From: Clostridia bacterium
GTDB lineage: Bacteria; Bacillota; Clostridia; Christensenellales; Aristaeellaceae
DNA length: 12,204 bases
Direction: 5' to 3'
Assembly: GCA_024404275.1 (NCBI GenBank)
Contig: JAKSQG010000036.1
Span: forward strand, 1-12,204
Shown: in pieces, positions 1 to 6,698 of the stretch
How the letters are laid out: each line of letters starts with the position of its first letter
Numbering within the stretch: the stretch's first letter is position 1
The notes under the pieces: model-generated
Told to the model about the DNA's origin: nothing
The model's database searches: none
What the model saw: the letters and a program-made list of their open reading frames with translations, nothing else
Translations under genes and position numbers: made by a program

Positions 1-23
1 CTGTGGAGCCGGGTGAAGATTAG

Positions 24-518
24 ATGCGGAAGTCTAGCGTGGGCGATCTGGCCTGCGACATTCTGCTGGGCGAGGCCAGTCCTCCGTATCAGCGGCTGTA
101 TGGGCAGGGACTGATCAACACCAGCTTCGGCGGTCAAAGCCACAATGCCTATATCATGCGCAAGGTCGTTGCCTCCAGTCCGGACAGCCTGTATTGGTCC
201 GCCCGCGTGGATGGCTGCAGCAACTGGCGTTATCTGTGGCGCGTGATGGTGCCCATTGCCCGTCCCTCCCTGGTGACGGTGGTACTGCTCAACGCCCTGG
301 CTTCCTGGAACAGCTTCATGTGGCCGCTGCTGGTCATCAAGACCAAGGTCAACCGTACGCTGCCCTTCGGTCTGTATGCTTTCACCACCGAAGCCGGCGC
401 TTATCAGGAGCTGATCATGGCGGCGTCTACCGTCGTGGTCATTCCCATGATCATTCTGTTCCTGTTTGCCCGTAAGCAGATTCTGCGCGGCGTAGCCCGC
501 GGCGGCATCAAGGGCTGA
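24..518 (+). pseudogene. C-terminal remnant of a MalG-like (CUT1) carbohydrate ABC transporter permease; the N-terminal ~40 aa are not membrane-like
   Basis: From about aa 42 (nt ~150) the translation shows the EAA-loop region and last two TM helices of binding-protein-dependent permeases. YIMRKVVASSPDSLYWSARVDGCSNWRYLWRVMVPIARPSL matches the pattern hhhRxhhxxhPxxLxEAAxhDGASxxxxhxxhxLP. It is followed by SWNSFMWPLLV, TLPFGLY and the typical C-terminus ILFLFARKQILRGVARGGIKG. The upstream part (GDLACDILLGEASPPYQRLYGQGLINTSFGGQSHN) is hydrophilic where TM3/TM4 should be. An in-frame TAG sits at 21-23 directly before the first ATG. No partner SBP or permease follows; a terminator does. Confidence 0.55.
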
Positions 519-537
519 CACATCCCAACGCATCGCA

Positions 538-579
538 GGGCCGCTCTTTTCCTTATGGGGGAGAGCGGTCCTGTTTTTT
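538..579 (+). terminator. Rho-independent terminator after the permease remnant
   Basis: 10-bp stem GGGCCGCTCT (538-547) / AGAGCGGTCC (562-571) with one G-T wobble, a 14-nt loop, then TGTTTTTT (T-run 574-579). Confidence 0.8.
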
Positions 580-585
580 GCGCGC

Positions 586-614
586 TTGCCAAGTGGAAAC
601 AACGGTGCTATAAT
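586..614 (+). promoter_or_regulatory. Sigma-A type promoter with extended -10
   Basis: TTGCCA (586-591), 17-nt spacer, TGcTATAAT (606-614). Lies about 25 nt upstream of the ATG at 639, which has a GAGGTGA Shine-Dalgarno at 624-630. Confidence 0.75.
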
Positions 615-638
615 AGGTGCACAGAGGTGACAGAGAAC

Positions 639-1064
639 ATGAGCAGAATCCGCACGCTGCTGGCTGTACTGCTGGCTGCAGCGCTGATGGTTGGTATCGG
701 GGTGCTGATCGCTTTTCTGACCGGGGATGACGGTTCATCCGGCAGCCTGGCAGCCGCGACAAGCGCTCCGCGCAGAACAGCTGCGCCTTCCGCTCCGCAG
801 CAGGCTCCGTCTGCTGAACGGGCGCCCTTTGTGCTGAATCTCAGTACGGTGGAGCTTGGCACAACAGAGTACATCAGCTTTGAGGTGTATTTCAACGGCG
901 GAGACGGGCAGGAACTGTATTACCAGTGCGGCCGAAAATACATTGCCGATGAGGTGAACACCATCCGCTGGCAGGGAAATGAAGGCTACAACATTCTGGT
1001 AAGCTTCAAAAACGGCAAAAGTGAGGTCTACCGCTTTGACGGCGGCAGCGGCTGGAGCCTGTAA
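639..1064 (+). CDS. Hypothetical membrane-anchored protein (N-terminal TM/signal anchor, Ala/Pro/Ser-rich linker, ~85-aa C-terminal globular domain)
   Basis: ATG at 639 is preferred over the track start at 555 because the promoter (586-614) and SD (624-630) sit inside the 555 extension. Sequence: MSRIRTLLAVLLAAALMVGIGVLIAFL hydrophobic anchor, then SGSLAAATSAPRRTAAPSAPQQAPSAERAP low-complexity linker, then a beta-rich-looking domain (YISFEVYFNGG...ILVSFKNGKSEVYRFDG). I recognise no family. Confidence 0.6.
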   Translation: MSRIRTLLAVLLAAALMVGIGVLIAFLTGDDGSSGSLAAATSAPRRTAAPSAPQQAPSAERAPFVLNLSTVELGTTEYISFEVYFNGGDGQELYYQCGRKYIADEVNTIRWQGNEGYNILVSFKNGKSEVYRFDGGSGWSL

Positions 1065-1081
1065 GAAAAGGTCCTTTTTCA

Positions 1082-1969
1082 ATGAACAATTCTCTTCTGC
1101 GCACATTGCGTGTATACGCGATGATCACGGTGCTGTCGATGCTGATGGCACTCAATTATGAGATCTTTGTGCTGAATAACCAGTTCGCGCCCGCAGGCCT
1201 GAACGGTATCACCACGATGATCCAGTATGTTTTCCACTTCAGCATCGGCTATATGTCCTTGATCATCAATGTGCCTTTGGCCATTGCGGTCTTTATCGGG
1301 GTGGATAAGCGTTTTGCTGCCCGCACGTTTATGAACGTTCTGGTGTTTTCACTCTTTACGCTGCTGATGCAGAGCGGTGTGATCGATGTATCGCGGTTTG
1401 TGTATCATACCGACGACGGACGCAGCACCATTCTGGCACCGGTGGCAGCCGGCATTGTCAATGGTTTTATCTATGGCAATTGTATCCGCCTGGGCGGCAG
1501 TACGGGCGGTATGGATTTTGTTTCTGCGTTCATCCACAAAAGGCATCCGCACTATACGATGGTGCACATTTCCTTTGCCATCAATGTGGCGGTGGCGTCT
1601 ATCAGCTATTTTGTGTATGACTTCAATATTGAGCCGGTCATTTTGTGCATCGTGTACAGTTATCTGACCACACTGGTCAGCGACCGTATCCTGCGGGGCG
1701 GCAAGGAAGCCGTCAAGGTGGAAATGGTGACGAAATACCCGGACGAGATTACGGACCGGGTGATCCGGGAGCTGAAGCACAGCACCACCTTGATTCCCTG
1801 TCAGGGCGGCTACAGCAAAACAGACCGGGTGATGCTTATCTGTGTGGTCAACAAGCATCAGCTGCCGCGCTTTATGGAGATTCTTTCCGAATTTCCCGAT
1901 ACTTTTGCCTGCGTCAGTCAGGTGAATGAAACTTACGGCAATTTCCGTCATATCGGAGGAAAATCATGA
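1082..1969 (+). CDS. YitT family membrane protein with C-terminal DUF2179 domain
   Basis: Multi-TM N-terminal region with YitT-like repeats (NGITTMIQY..., GGSTGGMDFVSAFIHKR). Soluble C-terminal domain VKVEMVTKYPDEITDRVIRELKHSTTLIPCQGGYSKTDRVMLICVVNKHQLPRFMEILSEFPDTFACVSQVNETYGNF is typical of DUF2179. No obvious SD precedes 1082, so the start is slightly uncertain. Confidence 0.85.
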   Translation: MNNSLLRTLRVYAMITVLSMLMALNYEIFVLNNQFAPAGLNGITTMIQYVFHFSIGYMSLIINVPLAIAVFIGVDKRFAARTFMNVLVFSLFTLLMQSGVIDVSRFVYHTDDGRSTILAPVAAGIVNGFIYGNCIRLGGSTGGMDFVSAFIHKRHPHYTMVHISFAINVAVASISYFVYDFNIEPVILCIVYSYLTTLVSDRILRGGKEAVKVEMVTKYPDEITDRVIRELKHSTTLIPCQGGYSKTDRVMLICVVNKHQLPRFMEILSEFPDTFACVSQVNETYGNFRHIGGKS

Positions 1970-2238
1970 GACTGGACAAATACCTGAAGGTTTCCCGCAT
2001 CATCAAGCGCCGCACCGTGGCCAAAGAAGCCTGTGACGGTGGCCGTGTATCCATCAACGGCAAGATCGCCAAAGCCGGTGCCGAGGTCAAGGAAGGCGAT
2101 GTGCTGGAGATCCGCTTCGGCAGCCGTGTGGGGCGCTACAGCATTACCGATGTGCGTGAGGTGGTGCGCAAGGAAAATGCCGCGGAAATGTACCGTGTGC
2201 TGGAAGAAGACGCCGAAATGCTGAAGGAAAGAAGCTGA
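1966..2238 (+). CDS. rqcP: RNA-binding S4-domain protein, RqcP/YabO (Hsp15 family) ribosome-associated quality control factor
   Basis: The 90-aa protein MRLDKYLKVSRIIKRRTVAKEACDGGRVSINGKIAKAGAEVKEGDVLEIRFG...ENAAEMYRVLEE is collinear with B. subtilis YabO/RqcP as I recall it ([38 protein letters not shown]...EEAANMYTILKE). An ATGA start/stop overlap with the yitT-like gene (1966-1969) implies translational coupling. Confidence 0.8.
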   Translation: MRLDKYLKVSRIIKRRTVAKEACDGGRVSINGKIAKAGAEVKEGDVLEIRFGSRVGRYSITDVREVVRKENAAEMYRVLEEDAEMLKERS

Positions 2239-2244
2239 ATAACC

Positions 2245-2279
2245 GGCCGGAAGAAATCATTTCTCCGGCCTTTGTTTTT
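2245..2279 (+). terminator. Rho-independent terminator after rqcP
   Basis: GGCCGGA(a)GAA (2245-2255) pairs with TTCTCCGGCC (2261-2270) with one bulged A and an ATCAT loop, followed by TTTGTTTTT (2271-2279). Confidence 0.8.
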
Positions 2280-2294
2280 ACAGGGAGATACATT

Positions 2295-3017
2295 ATGGGC
2301 GCATTTACCACAGAAGCCATCGTGCTTCGCCGTGCCGACTGGCGGGATCATGACCGTATCCTGACACTGCTGACGCCCCGCGGCAGACTGGAGGTGCTTT
2401 CCCGCGGATGCCGCCGTCCCAAGTCGCCGCTGCTCGGGTGCAGTGAGGTGTTCACGATGGGAAACTTTGAATTGTTTTCCAGCCGGGAGCACTGTATGCT
2501 GCAAAACTGTCAGGTCACGGACGGCTTTTATCCGCTGCGGCAGGATTTCGACCGCCTGTCCTGTGCTGCCTATCTGGTCAATGTGTGTGAAGCAGCTGTG
2601 CAGGAGGGGGAAAATGCCGCTACGCCTTTTTTGCTGCTGGCGAGAGCCTTGGGTTATCTGAGCTATCATACGGAATACACGCCGCGTGCTGTGCTGACGG
2701 CCTTTTTGCTGCATTTCAATATTGCACAGGGATACCGTCCGCGGCTCAATCACTGCGTCAACTGCGGAAAGGAGCTTACGCAGCCGCAGCGGGTCTTTTT
2801 TGATATTGAACAGGGCGGCGTGACGTGCCTTGAATGCCGTGAGGAACCTTGCCGCGGCGGTATTCTGTAGGGACGGGAGCTGCTTTGGCTGCGTGAGTCC
2901 GAAAAGAAAGGCGTCAAGGGTGAACTGCCGCCCGAGGATGCCCCGCTGACATTGATGCAGGGTTTTACCGAGACACGGCTGGAAAAACGCGTGCCGCCGT
3001 TGATGGTGCGTCTGTAA
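2295..3017 (+). pseudogene. recO: DNA repair/recombination mediator RecO, interrupted by an in-frame TAG at 2868-2870
   Basis: The N-terminal OB-fold region (TEAIVLRRADWRDHDRILTLLTPRGRLEVLSRGCRRPKSPL) and zinc-finger motif (CVNCGKEL...CLEC) are typical RecO. The track ORF ends after 191 aa, whereas RecO is usually about 240-255 aa. Reading through the TAG in the same frame gives GRELLWLRESEKKGVKGELPPEDAPLTLMQGFTETRLEKRVPPLMVRL up to the TAA at 3015-3017, for about 240 codons in total. This resembles a RecO C-terminal helical tail. SD GGGAGA at 2283-2288. Confidence 0.8.
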
Positions 3018-3095
3018 AACAAAAAGACGTAACAGGAAACAGGTCACAAAACGAAAAAGACATATCACAAATCGGCAAGAATTATCGAATGTGTT

Positions 3096-3110
3096 TGTTT
3101 ATAATAAACA
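3096..3110. promoter_or_regulatory. Perfect 7-1-7 palindrome TGTTTAT-A-ATAAACA containing a TATAAT hexamer; candidate -10/operator for the ABC operon
   Basis: TGTTTAT (3096-3102) and ATAAACA (3104-3110) are exact reverse complements. TATAAT sits at 3100-3105, about 85 nt upstream of the SBP start. No good -35 is present (AAGAAT/CAAGAA at the expected distance). A 9-bp 5'UTR hairpin follows: GCGgAAGCAC 3127-3136 / GTGCTTCGC 3161-3169. Confidence 0.3.
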
Positions 3111-3189
3111 CAACAAAAAGTACATAGCGGAAGCACCTGTGTACTGCATACTTGAAAGTTGTGCTTCGCATTCGAGAAAGGAGCCGCAT

Positions 3190-4653
3190 ATGAAAAAACT
3201 CATTTCCCTGCTGCTGGTGGCGGTGATGGCGCTGAGCCTGAGCCTGACCGCTGTATCCGCTGATGATGAAATCGTTCTGAAGTTTCTGATCAGCACCTCC
3301 ACCACCGACTTTACCAAGGACCATGGCTATGAAGTCTGCGAGCGCGTGGCCGGTTACAAGATCGAGTATGAGATCCTGAACGGTACCGAGCAGCTGATGC
3401 TGATCATTTCCTCCGGTCAGCCTTATGACTATGTGTATCTGAGCGGCGCCAACTTCCGCAAGATGATGTCCGAAGAAGCCCTGATGGACATTTCCGACCT
3501 GCTGGCGGAGTATGGCAATAACATCACCGAAGCCATCACCACCCTGTGGCCCGCCGTGACCGTGGATGGCGGCATCTATGCCATTCCTTCCACCGCCGCT
3601 CAGCCCGGCTCCCTGCGCTACTCTCTGGTAGCCCGTCAGGATCTGCTGGATGCCATCGGTTGGACTGTTGATAAGCTGCCCACCAACACCGCTGATTTCA
3701 AGCAGATGCTGCTGGACATCAAGGCTGCTTATCCGGATATGATTCCTCTGACCGCCTCCAATGATACCGCCACCCCCGCCCTGATCAGCAACATCGCCTC
3801 TGCTTTCGGCATCTGCGCCGGCGGCAACCAGCAGGCGTATCAGCTGATCGACGGCAACGTCGTCAACGTAATCGACAACCCCAACCTGGAAGCCTATATC
3901 GCTTACGTAAAGGAACTGTACGATCTGGAGCTGCTGGATGCCGAAATGCCTGCTCAGAAGCTGGCTGACGCCCGCAACAAGTGGATCGGCAACAAGGCCG
4001 TCATCTCCTACAACAGCTGGAACGGCTTTGCCATCGATACCATGTACGAGCAGTATGAAAACATGGCCTTCACCGTGCTGCCCCTGCTGCAGGATGAAAA
4101 CGGCAACGTGCACGCTCAGGTGTACAGCGGCGTCGGCGCTTACGGCGGTATCCCGGTCACTGCCGAGCATCCCGTTGAAACCATCAAGGCCATCAACAAC
4201 ATGATGGAATGGAACAACCATCTGGAAATCTCCCTGGGCGAAGAAGGCGTGCATTATACCAAGGATGAAGAAGGCCGTTTCTGGGCCGTGCAGCCTGCTT
4301 TCTCTGAGCAGAAGAACATTTCCAACGTTTTCATCGCCGGCTTCTATCGTGAAGACATCTATCCCACCTATTGGGAAGTGCGTCTGCAGAAGAACCAGTA
4401 CATGATGGATTGCTTCTATGCCCAGAAGGCCAGCGTGCTGGACGGCGGCGAGCGCAGCCCCGTGGCCCTGGCTCCTGCCTCCGGCGTTGACAATCAGAGC
4501 ACGCTGGAAGCCAAGGTGAACGATAACCTGCTGGCGGCCATCTGCGGCGGCAGCATGGACAAGGTCACCGAAGCCCGCAATTACTGGCATGCCAACGGCG
4601 GCGAAGACCTGACCAACTTCTATGACACCTGGTACAAGGCCAATATGAAGTAA
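3190..4653 (+). CDS. Extracellular solute-binding protein of a CUT1 carbohydrate ABC transporter (large LplA/YtcQ-like type)
   Basis: ATG at 3190 with SD GAAAGGAG (3176-3183). N-terminal signal peptide MKKLISLLLVAVMALSLSLTAVSA. The ~487-aa size and its position directly upstream of LplB-like and LplC-like permeases fit this type. Codon usage looks strongly biased, suggesting high expression. The track start at 3091 would add a non-signal extension with no SD. Confidence 0.85.
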   Translation: MKKLISLLLVAVMALSLSLTAVSADDEIVLKFLISTSTTDFTKDHGYEVCERVAGYKIEYEILNGTEQLMLIISSGQPYDYVYLSGANFRKMMSEEALMDISDLLAEYGNNITEAITTLWPAVTVDGGIYAIPSTAAQPGSLRYSLVARQDLLDAIGWTVDKLPTNTADFKQMLLDIKAAYPDMIPLTASNDTATPALISNIASAFGICAGGNQQAYQLIDGNVVNVIDNPNLEAYIAYVKELYDLELLDAEMPAQKLADARNKWIGNKAVISYNSWNGFAIDTMYEQYENMAFTVLPLLQDENGNVHAQVYSGVGAYGGIPVTAEHPVETIKAINNMMEWNNHLEISLGEEGVHYTKDEEGRFWAVQPAFSEQKNISNVFIAGFYREDIYPTYWEVRLQKNQYMMDCFYAQKASVLDGGERSPVALAPASGVDNQSTLEAKVNDNLLAAICGGSMDKVTEARNYWHANGGEDLTNFYDTWYKANMK

Positions 4654-4668
4654 TATCGCCTGTCTTTC

Positions 4669-4706
4669 GGGGGACGGAGAGGGAGCCCTTTCCGCCCCCC
4701 TTTATT
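4669..4706 (+). terminator. Intercistronic GC-rich hairpin with a short T-tract (probable partial terminator or mRNA-stabilising stem between SBP and permease genes)
   Basis: GGGGGaCGGA (4669-4678) pairs with TCCGcCCCCC (4691-4700) with one A/C mismatch. There is an inner GGG..CCC pair, then TTTATT (4701-4706). Confidence 0.5.
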
Positions 4707-4725
4707 AAAACCGGAGGCTATTTTC

Positions 4726-5661
4726 ATGAGCGTAGTGAACAGACACCGCCGTTCGCCGTGGCAGCGATTCGTTACCTATATGTCAGCTCACTGGGAGCTG
4801 TACCTTTTTCTGATTCCGGGCCTTGCGGTCATTTTAATGTTCAAACTGATGCCGATGAGCAAGATCGTCATCGCCTTCAAAAAGTTTAAGCCTTTGAAGG
4901 GAATTGCGAAGAGTCCCTATGTCGGCTTTGACAATTTCAAAGCCATTTTTGCTGACCCCGAGGTGTGGCGGGTCATCCGCAACACGTTGGAAATCAACCT
5001 TTTGCAAATCGCCGTCTGCGTTCCCCTGCCGATGCTGATGGCCGTTATGATGAACGAAGTGAACTGCATGCCCCTCAAAAAGAGCGTGCAGACGATGGTA
5101 TATATTCCCCACTTTTTTACATGGGTCGTTGTGTACAGTGTTTTTCTCAACCTGTTTGGTACCTCCGGGTTTGTCAACACGGTGATAAAAGCCTTGACGG
5201 GCAACAGCGTGCTGTTCTTTACAAACGGCGGATGGTTCCGCGTGATACGGGTTTTGTCTGCTGTGTGGAAGGGCACCGGCTGGAGCACCATTGTGTACAT
5301 GTCTGCCATCAGCAGCATTGATGCTGAGATCTATGAGGCTTCCATCATCGATGGCGCCAGCAAGATCCAGCAGGCCAGACGCATCACCATTCCCTGCCTG
5401 ATTCCCACCCTGGTGCTGATGCTGACCGTCCGCATGGGTTCTGTTGTCAGCGGCGGCTTCGACCAGGTGCTGGCCTTCTACAACCCCTCCGTTTATGAGA
5501 CTGCCGATATTCTGGGTACTTTCATCTATCGCCGCGGTATCGGTCAGGCGGACTTCTCCTTTGCCACTGCCGTGGGTCTGTTTGAATCGGTGGTCGGTCT
5601 GGTATTTGTATTGTCGAGCAACTTTGCCTCCCGCAAGCTGACCGGCAAGGATGTATGGTAA
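4726..5661 (+). CDS. Carbohydrate ABC transporter permease, LplB/YteP-like
   Basis: SD GGAGG (4713-4717). The N-terminus (WELYLFLIPGLAVILMFKLMPMSKIVIAFKKFKPLKGIAKSPYVGFDNFKAIF) is typical of LplB-type permeases. EAA-loop motif IYEASIIDGASKIQQARRITIPCLIPTL. Multiple TM helices. Confidence 0.9.
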   Translation: MSVVNRHRRSPWQRFVTYMSAHWELYLFLIPGLAVILMFKLMPMSKIVIAFKKFKPLKGIAKSPYVGFDNFKAIFADPEVWRVIRNTLEINLLQIAVCVPLPMLMAVMMNEVNCMPLKKSVQTMVYIPHFFTWVVVYSVFLNLFGTSGFVNTVIKALTGNSVLFFTNGGWFRVIRVLSAVWKGTGWSTIVYMSAISSIDAEIYEASIIDGASKIQQARRITIPCLIPTLVLMLTVRMGSVVSGGFDQVLAFYNPSVYETADILGTFIYRRGIGQADFSFATAVGLFESVVGLVFVLSSNFASRKLTGKDVW

Positions 5662-5676
5662 GGAGGGGAGAAGACG

Positions 5677-6543
5677 ATGAAGCTTTCACGCGGTGAAAAA
5701 GTTTATGTGGTCGCTCTGAATATCCTTGCCGTCATCTGCGGTCTTGTCTGCCTGCTGCCGGTGCTGAATCTGATCTCCAAATCTCTGTCCAGCCCCAAGG
5801 CGGTGTATAATAACTGGGTGATTTTCTGGCCGGTGGAGTTTAATACGGCGGGCTGGTCGTATATCTGGGTCTACACCAGCTATCTGCGCTCGCTGCTGAA
5901 CTCGGTCATCATCACTTTGTCCGGTACGGTCATTTCACTGGTCATTACCATTCTGACCTCTTACGCGCTGGCGCATCCCAAGCTGAAGGGCCGTAAGCTC
6001 CTGACTTATCTGTATGTGTTTGCAATGGTGTTCAGCGCAGGTACTTTGCCGATGTATTTCCAGCTGAAAAGCTATAACCTGCTCAATACCCTGTGGGTGC
6101 TGATCCTGCCCAGTCTGGTGAGTCCGTATTATACCTTTGTGCTCAAGGGCGGTTTTGAATCGGTGCCGGACAGCCTGGAGGAGGCCGCCCGCATTGACGG
6201 TGCCAGCTATACCCGCACGCTGGTATCGGTTATCCTGCCGGTCAGCAAAGCCAGCATTGCCACCATTGTCATCTTTACGGCGGTGGCTTACTGGAACCGC
6301 TACTTTGACGCCCTGCTGTACATCACCAAACAGCAGCTCAAGCCGCTGTCTCTGCTGTTGTATGAGGTCATCAAGCTGGCCAATATCGAGCAGACGGCGG
6401 ACGAGATCTACGGTCAGGGTCTGAGTCAGGAAATCAAGAGCACCAGCATGGTCGTTATGACCATCCTGCCCATGCTGGCCATTTATCCCTTCATGCAGCG
6501 CTACTTTGTGAAGGGCGTCATGGTGGGCTCGGTCAAGGGCTGA
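5677..6543 (+). CDS. Carbohydrate ABC transporter permease, LplC/YtcP-like
   Basis: SD AAGGAGGGGAG just upstream. EAA loop SLEEAARIDGASYTRTLVSVILPVSKASI, the WNRYFDALLYI motif, and the typical C-terminus FMQRYFVKGVMVGSVKG. Confidence 0.9.
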   Translation: MKLSRGEKVYVVALNILAVICGLVCLLPVLNLISKSLSSPKAVYNNWVIFWPVEFNTAGWSYIWVYTSYLRSLLNSVIITLSGTVISLVITILTSYALAHPKLKGRKLLTYLYVFAMVFSAGTLPMYFQLKSYNLLNTLWVLILPSLVSPYYTFVLKGGFESVPDSLEEAARIDGASYTRTLVSVILPVSKASIATIVIFTAVAYWNRYFDALLYITKQQLKPLSLLLYEVIKLANIEQTADEIYGQGLSQEIKSTSMVVMTILPMLAIYPFMQRYFVKGVMVGSVKG

Positions 6544-6553
6544 TACAGATTTG

Positions 6554-6597
6554 AAGAGGTGTGTCTTTCAAACGGAAGGGCACGCCTCTTTCTTTTC
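6554..6597 (+). terminator. Rho-independent terminator of the ABC operon
   Basis: 12-bp stem AAGAGGTGTGTC (6554-6565) / GGCACGCCTCTT (6579-6590) with two G-T wobbles and a 13-nt loop, then TCTTTTC. Confidence 0.75.
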
Positions 6598-6650
6598 AGA
6601 TGGTGCAGACGGGGATGATTCTTTTGTGACAAAACAGACCGTAAAGCACA

Positions 6651-6694
6651 AAATGCAAACATTAAACAAAAATTAATATATAATGTTCGGAAAT
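6651..6694. promoter_or_regulatory. Inverted pair of PurBox-like sites (candidate PurR operator) upstream of the pur promoter
   Basis: AAATGCAAACATTA (6651-6664) and TAATGTTCGGAAAT (6681-6694, reverse complement ATTTCCGAACATTA) are separated by 16 nt. The second fits the PurBox consensus AWWWCCGAACWWT exactly. The first matches 11/13 positions. The layout resembles the B. subtilis pur operator as I recall it (two inverted AAACACGAACATTA-like boxes, 16-17 nt apart). It ends 4 nt before the -35. Confidence 0.6.
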
Positions 6695-6698
6695 ACGC

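Noticed and set aside
194-475. Overlapping alternative-frame + strand ORFs (194-475, 1386-1667, 1645-1929, 2033-2224, 2443-2661, 3938-4204, 4965-5321, 5444-5641, 6137-6424, 7155-7355, 10084-10272)
   Set aside because: All are nested in another frame of genes with clear family motifs. Their products are Arg/Pro/Cys/Trp-rich, as is typical of off-frame translation of GC-rich coding sequence.
555-638. N-terminal extensions of track ORFs: 555 for the small membrane protein, 3091 for the SBP and the GTG at 7371 for purM
   Set aside because: In each case a better start lies downstream with an appropriately spaced Shine-Dalgarno (639, 3190, 7389). The extension overlaps a terminator or promoter (555-638), or would bury the signal peptide (3091), or contains the SD itself (7371-7388).
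1065-1081. Near-palindrome GAAAAGGtCCTTTTTC between the small protein and yitT, considered as a terminator
   Set aside because: The loop would be only 1-5 nt with a weak A/T stem. It sits directly against the yitT start codon, so it is more likely incidental than a functional terminator.
2136-3068. 310-aa minus-strand ORF opposite rqcP/recO. Similar minus-strand ORFs lie at 6662-7338 (opposite purE), 7329-8135 (opposite purM), 1349-1951 (opposite yitT) and 735-1106.
   Set aside because: All are antisense shadows of + strand genes with clear family motifs. Several run across intergenic terminators or promoters, and their translations show no family resemblance.
3082-4590. 502-aa minus-strand ORF opposite the solute-binding protein gene
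   Set aside because: It is antisense to a strongly supported CDS that has a signal peptide, an SD and operon context. The product is repetitive and low-complexity, and it has no SD or promoter context.
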